From the NCBI GenBank assembly GCA_030950835.1, contig JAUZQU010000134.1:1-39054 (forward strand): DNA of 39,054 nucleotides. Direction: 5' to 3'. This DNA comes from Mariprofundaceae bacterium. GTDB lineage: Bacteria > Pseudomonadota > Zetaproteobacteria > Mariprofundales > Mariprofundaceae. This document shows positions 10,627-19,790 of this stretch, piece by piece. The notes under the pieces were generated by a model, which searched no databases, was not told where the DNA came from, and saw only the letters and a list, made by a program, of their open reading frames with translations. How positions within the stretch are numbered: the stretch's first letter is position 1; each line of letters begins with the position of its first letter. The translations under genes and the position numbers were made by a program.

Positions 10627-11703
10627 ATGATGTTTGAAATTAAAGTACCAAGTTTGGGTGAGTCTGAAAGTGAAGCAACACTGATTTCATGGTTAAAAGC
10701 CGTGGGTGATGATGTGTTGGCAGATGATATTATTGCAGAAATTGAAAGTGATAAAATCACCATGGAAATCACGGCAACTGAAGCAGGTGTATTAAGCGAG
10801 CAAGCTTGTGCCATCGAAGATACAGTCGAGCCTGGGCAGGTGATTGGTTTGATTGATACATCCAAAACCGTTGCGCAACCTGCCGCAACTACAGCCAGCG
10901 CAAAAAGCAGCACTGCACCTACCCAAGCCACAGCCGCCCCCAGTAAAACCCCAGTAAAAGAAAAGGTCAAACCCATACCGACTACGCCAAGCTTAACCGC
11001 AGGACGTGAGCAAACGCGCATTCCCATGACACGTTTGCGCAAACGCATTGCCAGCCATCTCAAAGAAGCACAAAACACCGCTGCCATGTTGACCACATTC
11101 AATGAAGTGAACATGCAACCCGTGATGGACTTACGCAGCCGCTACAAAGCCGATTTTGAGCGTAAACATGGCTGCAAATTGGGTTTCATGTCCTTTTTCA
11201 TCAAAGCTTGTGCCTATGCCAGCGCCAAATTTCCCTCCATCAATGCCTATATTGATGGCGATGATGTGTTGTATCATAATTATATTGATATGGGGGTCGC
11301 TGTTGCCACGGATTCAGGCGTGCTTGTGCCTGTATTGCGGGATGTGGGGCTGAAAAGCTTTGCCGAGATTGAACAAGGCATCATTGCCTTGGCGACAAAA
11401 GCGCGTACGGGTGGTTTGTTACCTGATGAACTCAAAGGTGGCACTTTTTCGATTACCAATGGTGGTACATTTGGCTCAATGTTGTCTACGCCCATCATCA
11501 ATACACCGCAAAGTGCCATTTTAGGTATGCATAGTATTCAAAAGCGGGTAGTCGTTGAGCATGATCAAATGGTGATTCGTCCTATGATGTATTTAGCGCT
11601 TTCTTACGACCATAGATTGATTGATGGTAAGGAAGCTGTGCAGTTTTTGGTCGCTGTGAAAGACTTCCTAGAACAACCAGGGCTTGCCTTGTTGGACATC
11701 TAA
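10627..11703 (+). CDS. sucB: Dihydrolipoyl succinyltransferase (E2)
   Basis: Lipoyl domain (VPSLGES...EIESDKIT), Ala/Thr/Pro linker, catalytic domain [31 protein letters not shown]. Confidence 0.96.
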   Translation: MMFEIKVPSLGESESEATLISWLKAVGDDVLADDIIAEIESDKITMEITATEAGVLSEQACAIEDTVEPGQVIGLIDTSKTVAQPAATTASAKSSTAPTQATAAPSKTPVKEKVKPIPTTPSLTAGREQTRIPMTRLRKRIASHLKEAQNTAAMLTTFNEVNMQPVMDLRSRYKADFERKHGCKLGFMSFFIKACAYASAKFPSINAYIDGDDVLYHNYIDMGVAVATDSGVLVPVLRDVGLKSFAEIEQGIIALATKARTGGLLPDELKGGTFSITNGGTFGSMLSTPIINTPQSAILGMHSIQKRVVVEHDQMVIRPMMYLALSYDHRLIDGKEAVQFLVAVKDFLEQPGLALLDI

Positions 11704-11750
11704 GGCATAAATACAAACCATTTCAATGATTTAACTAACCCATCCTGCCG

Positions 11751-11783
11751 TATAGCATATTCATGCTATATACAGACTAGTCT
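11751..11783. promoter_or_regulatory. Two adjacent palindromes upstream of the RpoS-like gene (candidate operators)
   Basis: TATAGCAT-attc-ATGCTATA (11751-11770) and AGACTAGTCT (11774-11783). Confidence 0.4.
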
Positions 11784-11873
11784 TACCACCTCATTCTTGG
11801 CATCGACATTGCGTATATCTGAAAAGTACAATGTTCGTCATGGAAGAATTTGATTGCCAAGGATGGGAATGAT

Positions 11874-12719
11874 ATGAAAAAAGCCGTTAGTCTTGAACCA
11901 ATGAACCTTTATATGCGTGAAATATCTAGGCATAGCCTGCTCACAGCCGAGGATGAGGTTGAACTCTCCTTACAAATCGCCCAAGGTGATGAATCTGCCA
12001 GACAGCGCATGATTAATGCCAACTTACGCTTGGTGGTCAAAATCGCCCGTCGATATATGAACCGCGACTTACCTTTGGATGATATCATTGAAGAAGGTAA
12101 TATTGGTTTGATTCGTGCTGTAGAAAAATTTGATTCTGCACATGGCTGCCGTTTTTCAACCTATGCTACATGGTGGATTCGCCAAGCGGTTGAACGTGGC
12201 ATTATGAATCAATCGCGCACGATTCGTTTGCCCGTACATGTGAGCAAAGAAATCAACAGCATGACGCGCTCAGGTAATCATTTGCGTCATGTTTTAGGAC
12301 GTGAACCTACAGACAACGAAATCGCCATTAAAATGGGTAAAACCACCAAACGTGTGCAAGAATTGAGGGAAGCAGTCTTACCCACAGAAAGCGCGGATAA
12401 ACTCTTACAAAGCACTGGTGATTTCACCGTATTGGACATCACCGCAGATGAGAATGCCGTTGCCCCTAGCGAACAGTTGAACCAGAATATTTGCAAAGAT
12501 CTGTTGGCTGGGTGGTTGCAACATTTGAACAAAAAAGAGCAAGAAGTGGTATCGTTGCGTTATGGTTTGGGTGGACGAGAAGACCCTTGGACTTTAGAAG
12601 CCATTGGCAATCATTTGGGTGTCACCCGTGAACGCATTCGTCAGATTCAGGTTGCTGCTTTGCAGAAATTACGTATGTTGCCAGATGCACAAAACATGCA
12701 TTTGGAGGAAATCATTTGA
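11874..12719 (+). CDS. rpoS: RpoS-like group 2 sigma-70 factor
   Basis: [64 protein letters not shown] (RpoS-type ER..MNQ), TRERIRQIQ. No region 1.1. Start placed at ATG 11874. Confidence 0.8.
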   Translation: MKKAVSLEPMNLYMREISRHSLLTAEDEVELSLQIAQGDESARQRMINANLRLVVKIARRYMNRDLPLDDIIEEGNIGLIRAVEKFDSAHGCRFSTYATWWIRQAVERGIMNQSRTIRLPVHVSKEINSMTRSGNHLRHVLGREPTDNEIAIKMGKTTKRVQELREAVLPTESADKLLQSTGDFTVLDITADENAVAPSEQLNQNICKDLLAGWLQHLNKKEQEVVSLRYGLGGREDPWTLEAIGNHLGVTRERIRQIQVAALQKLRMLPDAQNMHLEEII

Positions 12720-13243
12720 CGGCAAAAGCAGCAGTTCAACTCAGAGATTATATTCGTGACATCCCTGACTTTCCTAAACCCGGGATAGTCTTTAAAGACA
12801 TCAGCCCTTTGTTGGCAAGTGGTGAAGCTTTTGCTTCATGCACCTCACAACTTGCCATACATATGCCTGATGATATTGATGCCATTGTGGGCATTGAATC
12901 ACGCGGTTTTTTGTTTGGTGCAGCCTTGGCGCAACTCACTGGTGTTGGTTTTGTGCCTATTCGCAAACCAGGCAAGCTTCCTGCGGATACCCACGGCATT
13001 GATTATGAACTTGAGTACGGCATGGACAGATTAGAAATTCATAAAGATGCTTTAAGCCAAGGGCATAAAGTGGTGATTGTCGATGATTTGTTGGCAACCG
13101 GTGGTACAGCCGCTGCCACAGTAGAACTGGTGCAAACATTGGGAGCAGAAGTCGCTGCATGTTTATTTGTGATTGAACTTGAGTTCTTAAAAGGTAAAAA
13201 TCGTTTGCAAAATGTGCCTACACATAGCTTGTTGAAATATTAA
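12716..13243 (+). CDS. apt: Adenine phosphoribosyltransferase
   Basis: [36 protein letters not shown] motif [16 protein letters not shown] start with GGAGG RBS, overlapping the sigma stop. Confidence 0.97.
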   Translation: MTAKAAVQLRDYIRDIPDFPKPGIVFKDISPLLASGEAFASCTSQLAIHMPDDIDAIVGIESRGFLFGAALAQLTGVGFVPIRKPGKLPADTHGIDYELEYGMDRLEIHKDALSQGHKVVIVDDLLATGGTAAATVELVQTLGAEVAACLFVIELEFLKGKNRLQNVPTHSLLKY

Positions 13244-13286
13244 ACAAAAAAGAATGACACTATCGAAATAAATTGAGCATGAAAGT

Positions 13287-13316
13287 TTGGCAGTTATGAA
13301 GTTTATAAACTATAAT
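13287..13316 (+). promoter_or_regulatory. Putative sigma70 promoter for the cytochrome cluster with an overlapping 12-bp palindrome
   Basis: TTGGCA (13287-92), 18-nt spacer, TATAAT (13311-16). Perfect palindrome AGTTTATAAACT at 13300-13311. Confidence 0.5.
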
Positions 13317-13356
13317 AACATCAAACACAGAATACGCTTAATTTTGAGGTGAAAGT

Positions 13357-14097
13357 ATGCCGCACTACCGTCGTTTTCAAGATATTTCTGTCAGTGAGAA
13401 GCTTTTAAACTCGATGTTTTTATTGATGATTGCAGTTGCATATCTTTTTGCATTATTACATATGTACTATGCTCATGAAGGGCGTGATGGCGAAGCTGGT
13501 TTGTCGGTAAAAGACGTGATGATTGCTTATCATGGCAGCCATGACCAAACCCGTCTAGGTGCTGCAATTAAAGGCTCTATGGGTGCAAACTTACCTTCGG
13601 CTGCTGCCAAAAATGATATTCTAGACTGGATCAATCTTGGAGCACATGAGGATGATTACCAAACCCGTATCCGCCCTATTTTTGAGAACAACTGTATCGC
13701 CTGTCACTCCGTTGATAGTGGTATGCCTATTCCCTCGTTAGAATCTTTTGCTGATGTTCGTGCTTTAACCCATACGGATACGGGAGCAACGATTCCAACT
13801 TTGGTGCGTGTATCACATATTCATTTGTTTGGTATTGCATTTATCTTATTTTTTGTAGGTCGTATATTTTTATTATGCGAAATGCCTGCGTTATGGAAGC
13901 GCGTTGCCGTGATCATTCCCTTTGCTGCGGTTTTGATTGATATTCTCTCTTGGTATATTACAAAATCTATCCCTGGTTTTGCTTATGTCGTCGTGATTTC
14001 AGGAGGGCTTATGGGGCTGTCATTGTGGTTCCAAATTGGCGTTTCAATGTATCAAATGTGGTTTCATCAAAAGCATCATCAAGGAGAAGTAACATGA
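13357..14097 (+). CDS. Four-TM inner-membrane protein with a periplasmic c-type heme motif, function unknown
   Basis: TM1, soluble domain with CIACH (13693-13707), SHIHLFG at the start of TM2, two further TM helices. GAGGTG RBS. Confidence 0.8.
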   Translation: MPHYRRFQDISVSEKLLNSMFLLMIAVAYLFALLHMYYAHEGRDGEAGLSVKDVMIAYHGSHDQTRLGAAIKGSMGANLPSAAAKNDILDWINLGAHEDDYQTRIRPIFENNCIACHSVDSGMPIPSLESFADVRALTHTDTGATIPTLVRVSHIHLFGIAFILFFVGRIFLLCEMPALWKRVAVIIPFAAVLIDILSWYITKSIPGFAYVVVISGGLMGLSLWFQIGVSMYQMWFHQKHHQGEVT

Positions 14098-14390
14098 AAA
14101 AAATAACAACAGCGATAGCGGCAATCGCAACAGTAGCATTACTTTCTTCGCCTGCATTTGCCTCTGATGGCGTGGATGGTGCGAAGCTTTTTAACAAGAA
14201 ATGTAAAATGTGCCATAAAATGGAGAAAAGCAGGTCTGCGCCAGCAGTACAATCCATGCATACAGATGCCAGCATTTTATCTGCTAAAATAAGTAACGGT
14301 GGCAAAGGCATGCCTAAGTTTGGTCACAAGTTTTCTGAAGAAGAAATCAGTGCTTTGGTGAAGTATATCCAAAGTAATACAAAAAAATAA
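14094..14390 (+). CDS. Periplasmic monoheme class I cytochrome c
   Basis: Start ATG 14094 (ATGA overlap, AAGGAG RBS). Signal peptide ending AFA, GAKLFNKKCKMCH, distal Met in GKGMPKF. Confidence 0.9.
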   Translation: MKKITTAIAAIATVALLSSPAFASDGVDGAKLFNKKCKMCHKMEKSRSAPAVQSMHTDASILSAKISNGGKGMPKFGHKFSEEEISALVKYIQSNTKK

Positions 14391-14412
14391 AAACGTCACA
14401 AAGGAGAGTGAA

Positions 14413-15225
14413 ATGTTTAAAATAGTTACTATATTCGTCAGTTTGATGGTATTATCAAGCTCTGCTTGGGCAGCAGATATGCAAGGTAAAGCTTTGTTTA
14501 ACAACAATTGTGCATCTTGTCATGCTATGGATGGTAAAGGTTCAAAAATGGGGCTAAAACTCAAGCCTTTTCCCGCCCGAGATTTAACCGCATTGGCAGC
14601 CACCGTACAACGTGATGAGTTGCGCCGCATTATTTCAGGTGGCATTCAAGGTACAGCCATGACACCTAAAAAGTACGATCTTGATGCCTTGGAAATTGAA
14701 TATGTGATTGATTATATTTTGGGCTTTAAACGCACTGTGAATTTAGCCAATGGCAAAAAACGTTTTTCAAAAGTGTGTGTCTCATGCCACGGCATGGATG
14801 GGCGCTCCCAAACAGGTATGGGTGCAAAAAACCTAGTCTATTCCAAATTATCACTTGCTGATACCGTGCATACCATTCGTTATGGTCGGGCAGGCACTAA
14901 AATGACAAGCAAGCGCCACCAATTGAATAATGCTGACATTGAAGATGTGGCTAATTATGTGCACGGCTTACGTTACCAGCATAATTTGAAAAAAGGCGCG
15001 GAATTATATGCTTCTACTTGTAAATCATGCCATAAATCACCATCCACCATTAAGCTTCAAGGCAATGCGGCTGCGAAAAAGAGCATGTCTGACTTAAGTG
15101 ATTACGTTTTAGACCTGCGTATTCGTCATGGTCGTCATGTGGCCCGTTCGAACAAACAAGTTCAACATTTATCGGATGATGATACGCGTGATATTATTGC
15201 TTACCTAAGGCAAGAAACGAAATAA
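14413..15225 (+). CDS. Periplasmic triheme cytochrome c (three tandem class I domains)
   Basis: Signal peptide ending AWA. CASCH, CVSCH and CKSCH, each preceded by a G-x-x-x-F/Y helix. AAGGAG RBS. Confidence 0.9.
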   Translation: MFKIVTIFVSLMVLSSSAWAADMQGKALFNNNCASCHAMDGKGSKMGLKLKPFPARDLTALAATVQRDELRRIISGGIQGTAMTPKKYDLDALEIEYVIDYILGFKRTVNLANGKKRFSKVCVSCHGMDGRSQTGMGAKNLVYSKLSLADTVHTIRYGRAGTKMTSKRHQLNNADIEDVANYVHGLRYQHNLKKGAELYASTCKSCHKSPSTIKLQGNAAAKKSMSDLSDYVLDLRIRHGRHVARSNKQVQHLSDDDTRDIIAYLRQETK

Positions 15226-15244
15226 TATGTCACAACTTATAACA

Positions 15245-15268
15245 AGCACCGCTCATTTGAGCGGTGCT
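15245..15268. terminator. Hairpin between the convergent cytochrome and kinase operons
   Basis: AGCACCGCTC-attt-GAGCGGTGCT, a perfect 10-bp stem with only weak U-tracts. Confidence 0.55.
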
Positions 15269-15391
15269 GAACTTCTTGACCTTGAATTCATCCAGAAACA
15301 CGATAAAGCAGGATCACGTTACACATCATACTAAGGGTATCCCCCAAGCTTTAACTGATTGAATCATGGTCAACAAACACTGATTCAAACA

Positions 15392-16042
15392 TCAATCGCT
15401 ATAATCTGACCAAAATTCAGTGCCTGAACGCATATTGTTGATGCGTTCGATTAACATATCTAAAGCGTTGGGGTGTTCAGCAAAGTTGATTCTATCGGTT
15501 TGTACCACCAAAAGCGGCGAATCTTGATAATGAAAAAAGAAATCATCATACGTTGTGGTGACTTGATTGATGTAGTCTAAAGTGATGTTTTTTTCAAACT
15601 TTCGTTGCCGTTGCTGAATACGTTTAAAGGCTATTTCTGGTGAAGACTGTAAATAAATAACCAAGTCTGCGCGGGGTAAATCAATGTCTACAAGTTGCGC
15701 AACTTGTTCATACAACACAAATTCAGCATCCGATAAATTCGTCATGGCAAAAAGGCGGTCTTTAGCGAATACATAGTCGCTGACCATAACAGGATGAAAC
15801 AAGTCTTGTTGCACTAAAGTTTGCCACTGCTTTAAACGTGAGAACAAAAACGATAATTGCACCGACAAACCATGACGTTCGGGATGTTGGTAAAAAAGCT
15901 CAAGAAAGGGGTTATCTTCAATACTTTCTAACAAAAGATTCGCATCAAGTTTAGATGCTAAACCTTGTGCCAGCGTGGTTTTACCCACACCAATGCCACC
16001 TTCAATGGCAATATGCATCATTTTGGGGTGTTGCTTGTCCAT
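15392..16042 (-). CDS. Deoxynucleoside kinase (dGK/dAK family)
   Basis: IAIEGGIGVGKTT P-loop, NPFLELFY, QLSFLFSR, DLVIYLQ. Usual position downstream of folK. Confidence 0.9.
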   Translation of the reverse strand: MDKQHPKMMHIAIEGGIGVGKTTLAQGLASKLDANLLLESIEDNPFLELFYQHPERHGLSVQLSFLFSRLKQWQTLVQQDLFHPVMVSDYVFAKDRLFAMTNLSDAEFVLYEQVAQLVDIDLPRADLVIYLQSSPEIAFKRIQQRQRKFEKNITLDYINQVTTTYDDFFFHYQDSPLLVVQTDRINFAEHPNALDMLIERINNMRSGTEFWSDYSD

Positions 16043-16551
16043 AACTTCCCTTTGTATAAGTCGCTATTATGTTGTATCAAATGCTGAATCATGGCAGAAA
16101 TTGGCTGCTGTGTAACGGGGTGAATCCAATCGGGGTGAATATCGGCAAGGGGTTGTAAAACAAACAAACGTTTTGCCAGCTCTGGATGCGGCAAACGAAG
16201 CTCAGGGCTTGAAAGGATGATATCTTGATAACAAAGCAAGTCTAAATCCAAAGTTCTTGAAGCCCAATGGCTTAAACGTTTCCTGCCATGTTGATCTTCA
16301 ATCTCATGCAATACCTGCAGCAGTGATGCTGCGGGTAAGTCAGTATCCAGCTGCACTACGGCATTCAAATAATCAGCTTGGGCAGGGCTGTTTGCATCAG
16401 CGGTGAGGGCTGCTGTTTGGTATAGTTTTGACTTGGCAATGATTAAACCATGCTCTTGTAACATCACGCATGCTGAGTCAAAAGCGCTTTGTACATCGCC
16501 TAAGTTACCACCCAAAGCAATCATGATGCCTTGTTTCCCCCATGTTTTCAC
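16018..16551 (-). CDS. folK: 2-amino-4-hydroxy-6-hydroxymethyldihydropteridine pyrophosphokinase
   Basis: ALGGNLG, YLNAVV, RTLDLDLL, LPHP, RLFVLQPL. Exact start uncertain. Confidence 0.93.
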   Translation of the reverse strand: MKTWGKQGIMIALGGNLGDVQSAFDSACVMLQEHGLIIAKSKLYQTAALTADANSPAQADYLNAVVQLDTDLPAASLLQVLHEIEDQHGRKRLSHWASRTLDLDLLCYQDIILSSPELRLPHPELAKRLFVLQPLADIHPDWIHPVTQQPISAMIQHLIQHNSDLYKGKLWTSNTPK

Positions 16552-16556
16552 AACAA

Positions 16557-18560
16557 TCAGCTCAACAGTGGCGCAATCACCAGTGCCACAATCGCCATCA
16601 CGTTAATCAAAATATTCATTGAAGGGCCTGAAGTATCTTTAAAAGGATCACCTACAGTGTCGCCAACCACCACAGCGGCATGTACAGCCGAGCCTTTGCC
16701 ACCAAGATTACCTTTTTCCACATGTTTTTTGGCATTATCCCATGCGCCACCTGCGTTTGCCATCATCAATGCCATGAGTACACAACACAGCAAAGCGCCT
16801 GCTAACATGCCGCCTAACGCCTCCGCACCAAGCCCAAAACCAACTACCACAGGTGTAAACACTGCCAACACCCCTGGTAGAATCATCTTTTTCAAGGCTG
16901 CTGTAGTGGCAATTTCGATGCAACGTTCATGGTCGGGCTCTACTTTACCCTCCATCAAACCTGCGATTTCCTTAAATTGGCGACGGATTTCTTTAATCAT
17001 TGCAAACGCCGCATCACCCACAGCCGTCATGGTTAAAGAAGCAATCAGGAATGGAACCACCCCACCAATAAATAAACCCACCAACACGATAGGTTCACTC
17101 AAGTTCAAAGAGAAATCAGGGATGCGGGAAGACACTGTTTCCACAAAAGCGGCAATAATAGCTAAAGCAGCCAGCGCAGCAGCACCAATCGCAAAACCTT
17201 TGCCAATCGCGGCGGTAGTATTGCCTAATTCATCCAAAGAGTCGGTGATTTGACGTGTCTCTTCGCCCAAACCTGCCATTTCGGCAATGCCACCAGCATT
17301 ATCTGCAATAGGTCCATAAGCATCAATCGCCATCGTCATACCCACCGTTGCCAACATACCCACAGCAGCAATACCCACACCATACAAGCCGCATAAAGAA
17401 GTGGAGACAAAGATGATTGCGCAAATTGTAAAGACGGGAATCACCACCGACTGCATACCAACAGCTAATCCTGCAATCATCACCGTTGCAGCACCAGTTT
17501 CACCAGCTTGCGCAATATTACGCACAGGTTGTCCGCCTGTGTAATACTCAGTTACCAAACCAATCACAATACCACCCACTGCCCCTGCCAATACCGCACC
17601 CCAAACACCCACATCTACATCCATCATGCTGATGAGCAGGTAAGAGGAAAGGATGAAAATAAGCGATGAACCTATCGTACCCATGCGCAAGGCGACTTCA
17701 GGCGATTTCTGGATAGAGATGCGCACCAAGACAATACCAATCAAGGAACAACATAAACCCAAAGATGCCAATGCCAAGGGTAAAAACATCAACGTCTGCT
17801 GCTCTCCAAGCGGATCTAAGATGTCCACAGCCATGGTCGATGCCATGGCAATAGTGGCAATGATAGCCCCACAATACGATTCAAAAATATCCGAACCCAT
17901 ACCCGCCACATCACCCACATTATCACCCACATTATCAGCAATAACACCAGGGTTACGCGGATCATCTTCGGGTATACCTGCTTCAATTTTTCCCACCAAA
18001 TCAGCGCCAATATCCGCACTTTTAGTGAAAATACCGCCACCAACCCTTGCAAAAAGTGCCACAGAAGATGCACCCATACCAAAGCCATGAATGGCGTGGG
18101 CGGTAGCTGGATCACCACCAAAAAATAAATATAATGTACCTAAACCAAGCAAACCAAGGGCAGCCACCGTAATACCCATCACCGAACCACCATAAAAGGC
18201 TACCGAAAGTGCAGCCGATGCACCGTGCTCATGGGCGGCAACTGTGGTGCGGATATTGGCTTTGGTCGCAGCAAACATACCGCAATAACCTGCCAAGGCA
18301 GAACAACCCGCGCCGACTAAAAAAGCAATGGTAGTATGCAAACCCAAGCTGAATGCCAAGAGCAAGGCAACCAACAATACAAAAACGAGTAAAATGGCGT
18401 ATTCTCGGCGCAAGAAAACCATAGCTCCAAGGTGGATAGACTGTGCAATGCTCACTGCTTTACCTTCGCCAACAGCATGTTTCATGACCATGCGATATAA
18501 GATATAAGCGGATATTAGTCCTAAAAAGCCTAATATTACTGGTATGAATTGCATGTCCAT
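16557..18560 (-). CDS. hppA: Membrane-integral ion-pumping pyrophosphatase, K+-dependent, probably Na+-translocating
   Basis: [78 protein letters not shown]. Confidence 0.95.
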   Translation of the reverse strand: MDMQFIPVILGFLGLISAYILYRMVMKHAVGEGKAVSIAQSIHLGAMVFLRREYAILLVFVLLVALLLAFSLGLHTTIAFLVGAGCSALAGYCGMFAATKANIRTTVAAHEHGASAALSVAFYGGSVMGITVAALGLLGLGTLYLFFGGDPATAHAIHGFGMGASSVALFARVGGGIFTKSADIGADLVGKIEAGIPEDDPRNPGVIADNVGDNVGDVAGMGSDIFESYCGAIIATIAMASTMAVDILDPLGEQQTLMFLPLALASLGLCCSLIGIVLVRISIQKSPEVALRMGTIGSSLIFILSSYLLISMMDVDVGVWGAVLAGAVGGIVIGLVTEYYTGGQPVRNIAQAGETGAATVMIAGLAVGMQSVVIPVFTICAIIFVSTSLCGLYGVGIAAVGMLATVGMTMAIDAYGPIADNAGGIAEMAGLGEETRQITDSLDELGNTTAAIGKGFAIGAAALAALAIIAAFVETVSSRIPDFSLNLSEPIVLVGLFIGGVVPFLIASLTMTAVGDAAFAMIKEIRRQFKEIAGLMEGKVEPDHERCIEIATTAALKKMILPGVLAVFTPVVVGFGLGAEALGGMLAGALLCCVLMALMMANAGGAWDNAKKHVEKGNLGGKGSAVHAAVVVGDTVGDPFKDTSGPSMNILINVMAIVALVIAPLLS

Positions 18561-18706
18561 AAACCCTCCTCAAGGTTGTTCATAAGCTGGATGTTTAACA
18601 TCATGATGGGCGTTGGTGAAGTGGTAGCGTAAAAATTAAAGGCAAAGTATCAAGTGCTGCGCTACTACAAAATTAGTAAGAGCCAAAATTAGCGACGCAT
18701 ACCAAC

Positions 18707-19693
18707 TTACAACGCCCCACCACAACTCGAACCCTGTCCCGCAGTGCAAGCATAACAATGGTCCATAATCGTTATCGGCTGCCCTTCTAAACCTTCTTGC
18801 AAGGTTTGTTTCAAATTCGCTTGCGTAATCAACTGCGTAATATGCAGTTTCTTCTCGCCTTGAATCGGTGCAGGTAAGTCCAACATCTGATTGAAGTCAC
18901 AATCATAAACATAACCCAACCAATCCACTGAAATCAAGGTTCTACACATCACCCCAGCCACATTATCCGCCAAGAAGTTATCTTTAAGCAACTGCATATA
19001 ACCTTCAAACTGCCCCTTGCTGACCAAAGTGCTACCAAAACGCTGGATTGGTTGATTGGTAATCGTAAACAAATGGTTAAAGTGGATATGATAACGCGCT
19101 AAAAGCTCTTTTTTATAGTCTGCTTCAAGCGCTTCTTGGGCAGGTGGTAAACTCGTCCCCTGTGGGTTGAAGACCAAATTCAACTTTAAATCACTGCCTT
19201 CCAGCCCATAACCCAACGCATTCAAACGCTGAATACCCGAAATACTACTCTGAAACACCCCATCCCCACGTTGCGCATCCACATTGTCTGCCAAATAACA
19301 GGGCAATGATGCTGCCACTTCCACTTGCTGCTCTGCTAAAAATTCTGCCAACCAAGCATAACCATCTTCTTCTAAAATCGTCAGATTACAACGGTCAATC
19401 ACATGCACATCCAAAGCCCTAGCCGCTTTAACCAACATCTTAAAATGTGGGTTCATTTCAGGTGCGCCACCTGTTAAATCCAAGGTTTTAATCTTGGCGA
19501 CTTCCATCAAGCTAATCAGCTCTTGTATGGTAGATTCCGACATCAACTCTTTACGGTTAGGCCCTGCATTCACATGGCAATGAAAACAGGTCTGATTGCA
19601 CAAATAACCCAAATTGACTTGTAAAGTATGCATTTTTGCCCGTCGAATCGCTGGAAAATTCGTTTTTTCTAATAGTGGTAACATGTCTCGCAT
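18707..19693 (-). CDS. arsS: Radical SAM/Cys-rich domain protein, ArsS (arsenosugar biosynthesis) family
   Basis: LQVNLGYLCNQTCFHCHV (CxxxCxxC), DLTGGAPEMN, ASLPCY, VMCR, YDCDFNQML, HCYACTAGQGSSCGGAL. Start placed at ATG 19693. The family call does not establish the function. Confidence 0.8.
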   Translation of the reverse strand: MRDMLPLLEKTNFPAIRRAKMHTLQVNLGYLCNQTCFHCHVNAGPNRKELMSESTIQELISLMEVAKIKTLDLTGGAPEMNPHFKMLVKAARALDVHVIDRCNLTILEEDGYAWLAEFLAEQQVEVAASLPCYLADNVDAQRGDGVFQSSISGIQRLNALGYGLEGSDLKLNLVFNPQGTSLPPAQEALEADYKKELLARYHIHFNHLFTITNQPIQRFGSTLVSKGQFEGYMQLLKDNFLADNVAGVMCRTLISVDWLGYVYDCDFNQMLDLPAPIQGEKKLHITQLITQANLKQTLQEGLEGQPITIMDHCYACTAGQGSSCGGAL

Positions 19694-19790
19694 GGCTTGT
19701 TTCCCCAGTTTTCTTCGTTGGTCGTCAAACAAGCATGAATATTACAAAAAAGAAGTCAAGTCTAGCCGTTTATTGCTGAAAATTCCTGAC

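Noticed and set aside
13950-14093. N-terminal extension of the monoheme cytochrome in the ORF track
   Set aside because: It overlaps the upstream gene. The signal peptide and RBS point to ATG 14094.
16531-17253. 240-aa plus-strand ORF, and similar antisense ORFs at 31272-31961, 27950-28552, 10602-11114 and 25310-25804
   Set aside because: Antisense shadows of well-supported genes, with no motifs of their own.
18707-18730. Possible selenocysteine recoding at the ArsS C-terminus
   Set aside because: The codon is TGT (Cys) and the ORF ends at TAA, so no recoding is needed.
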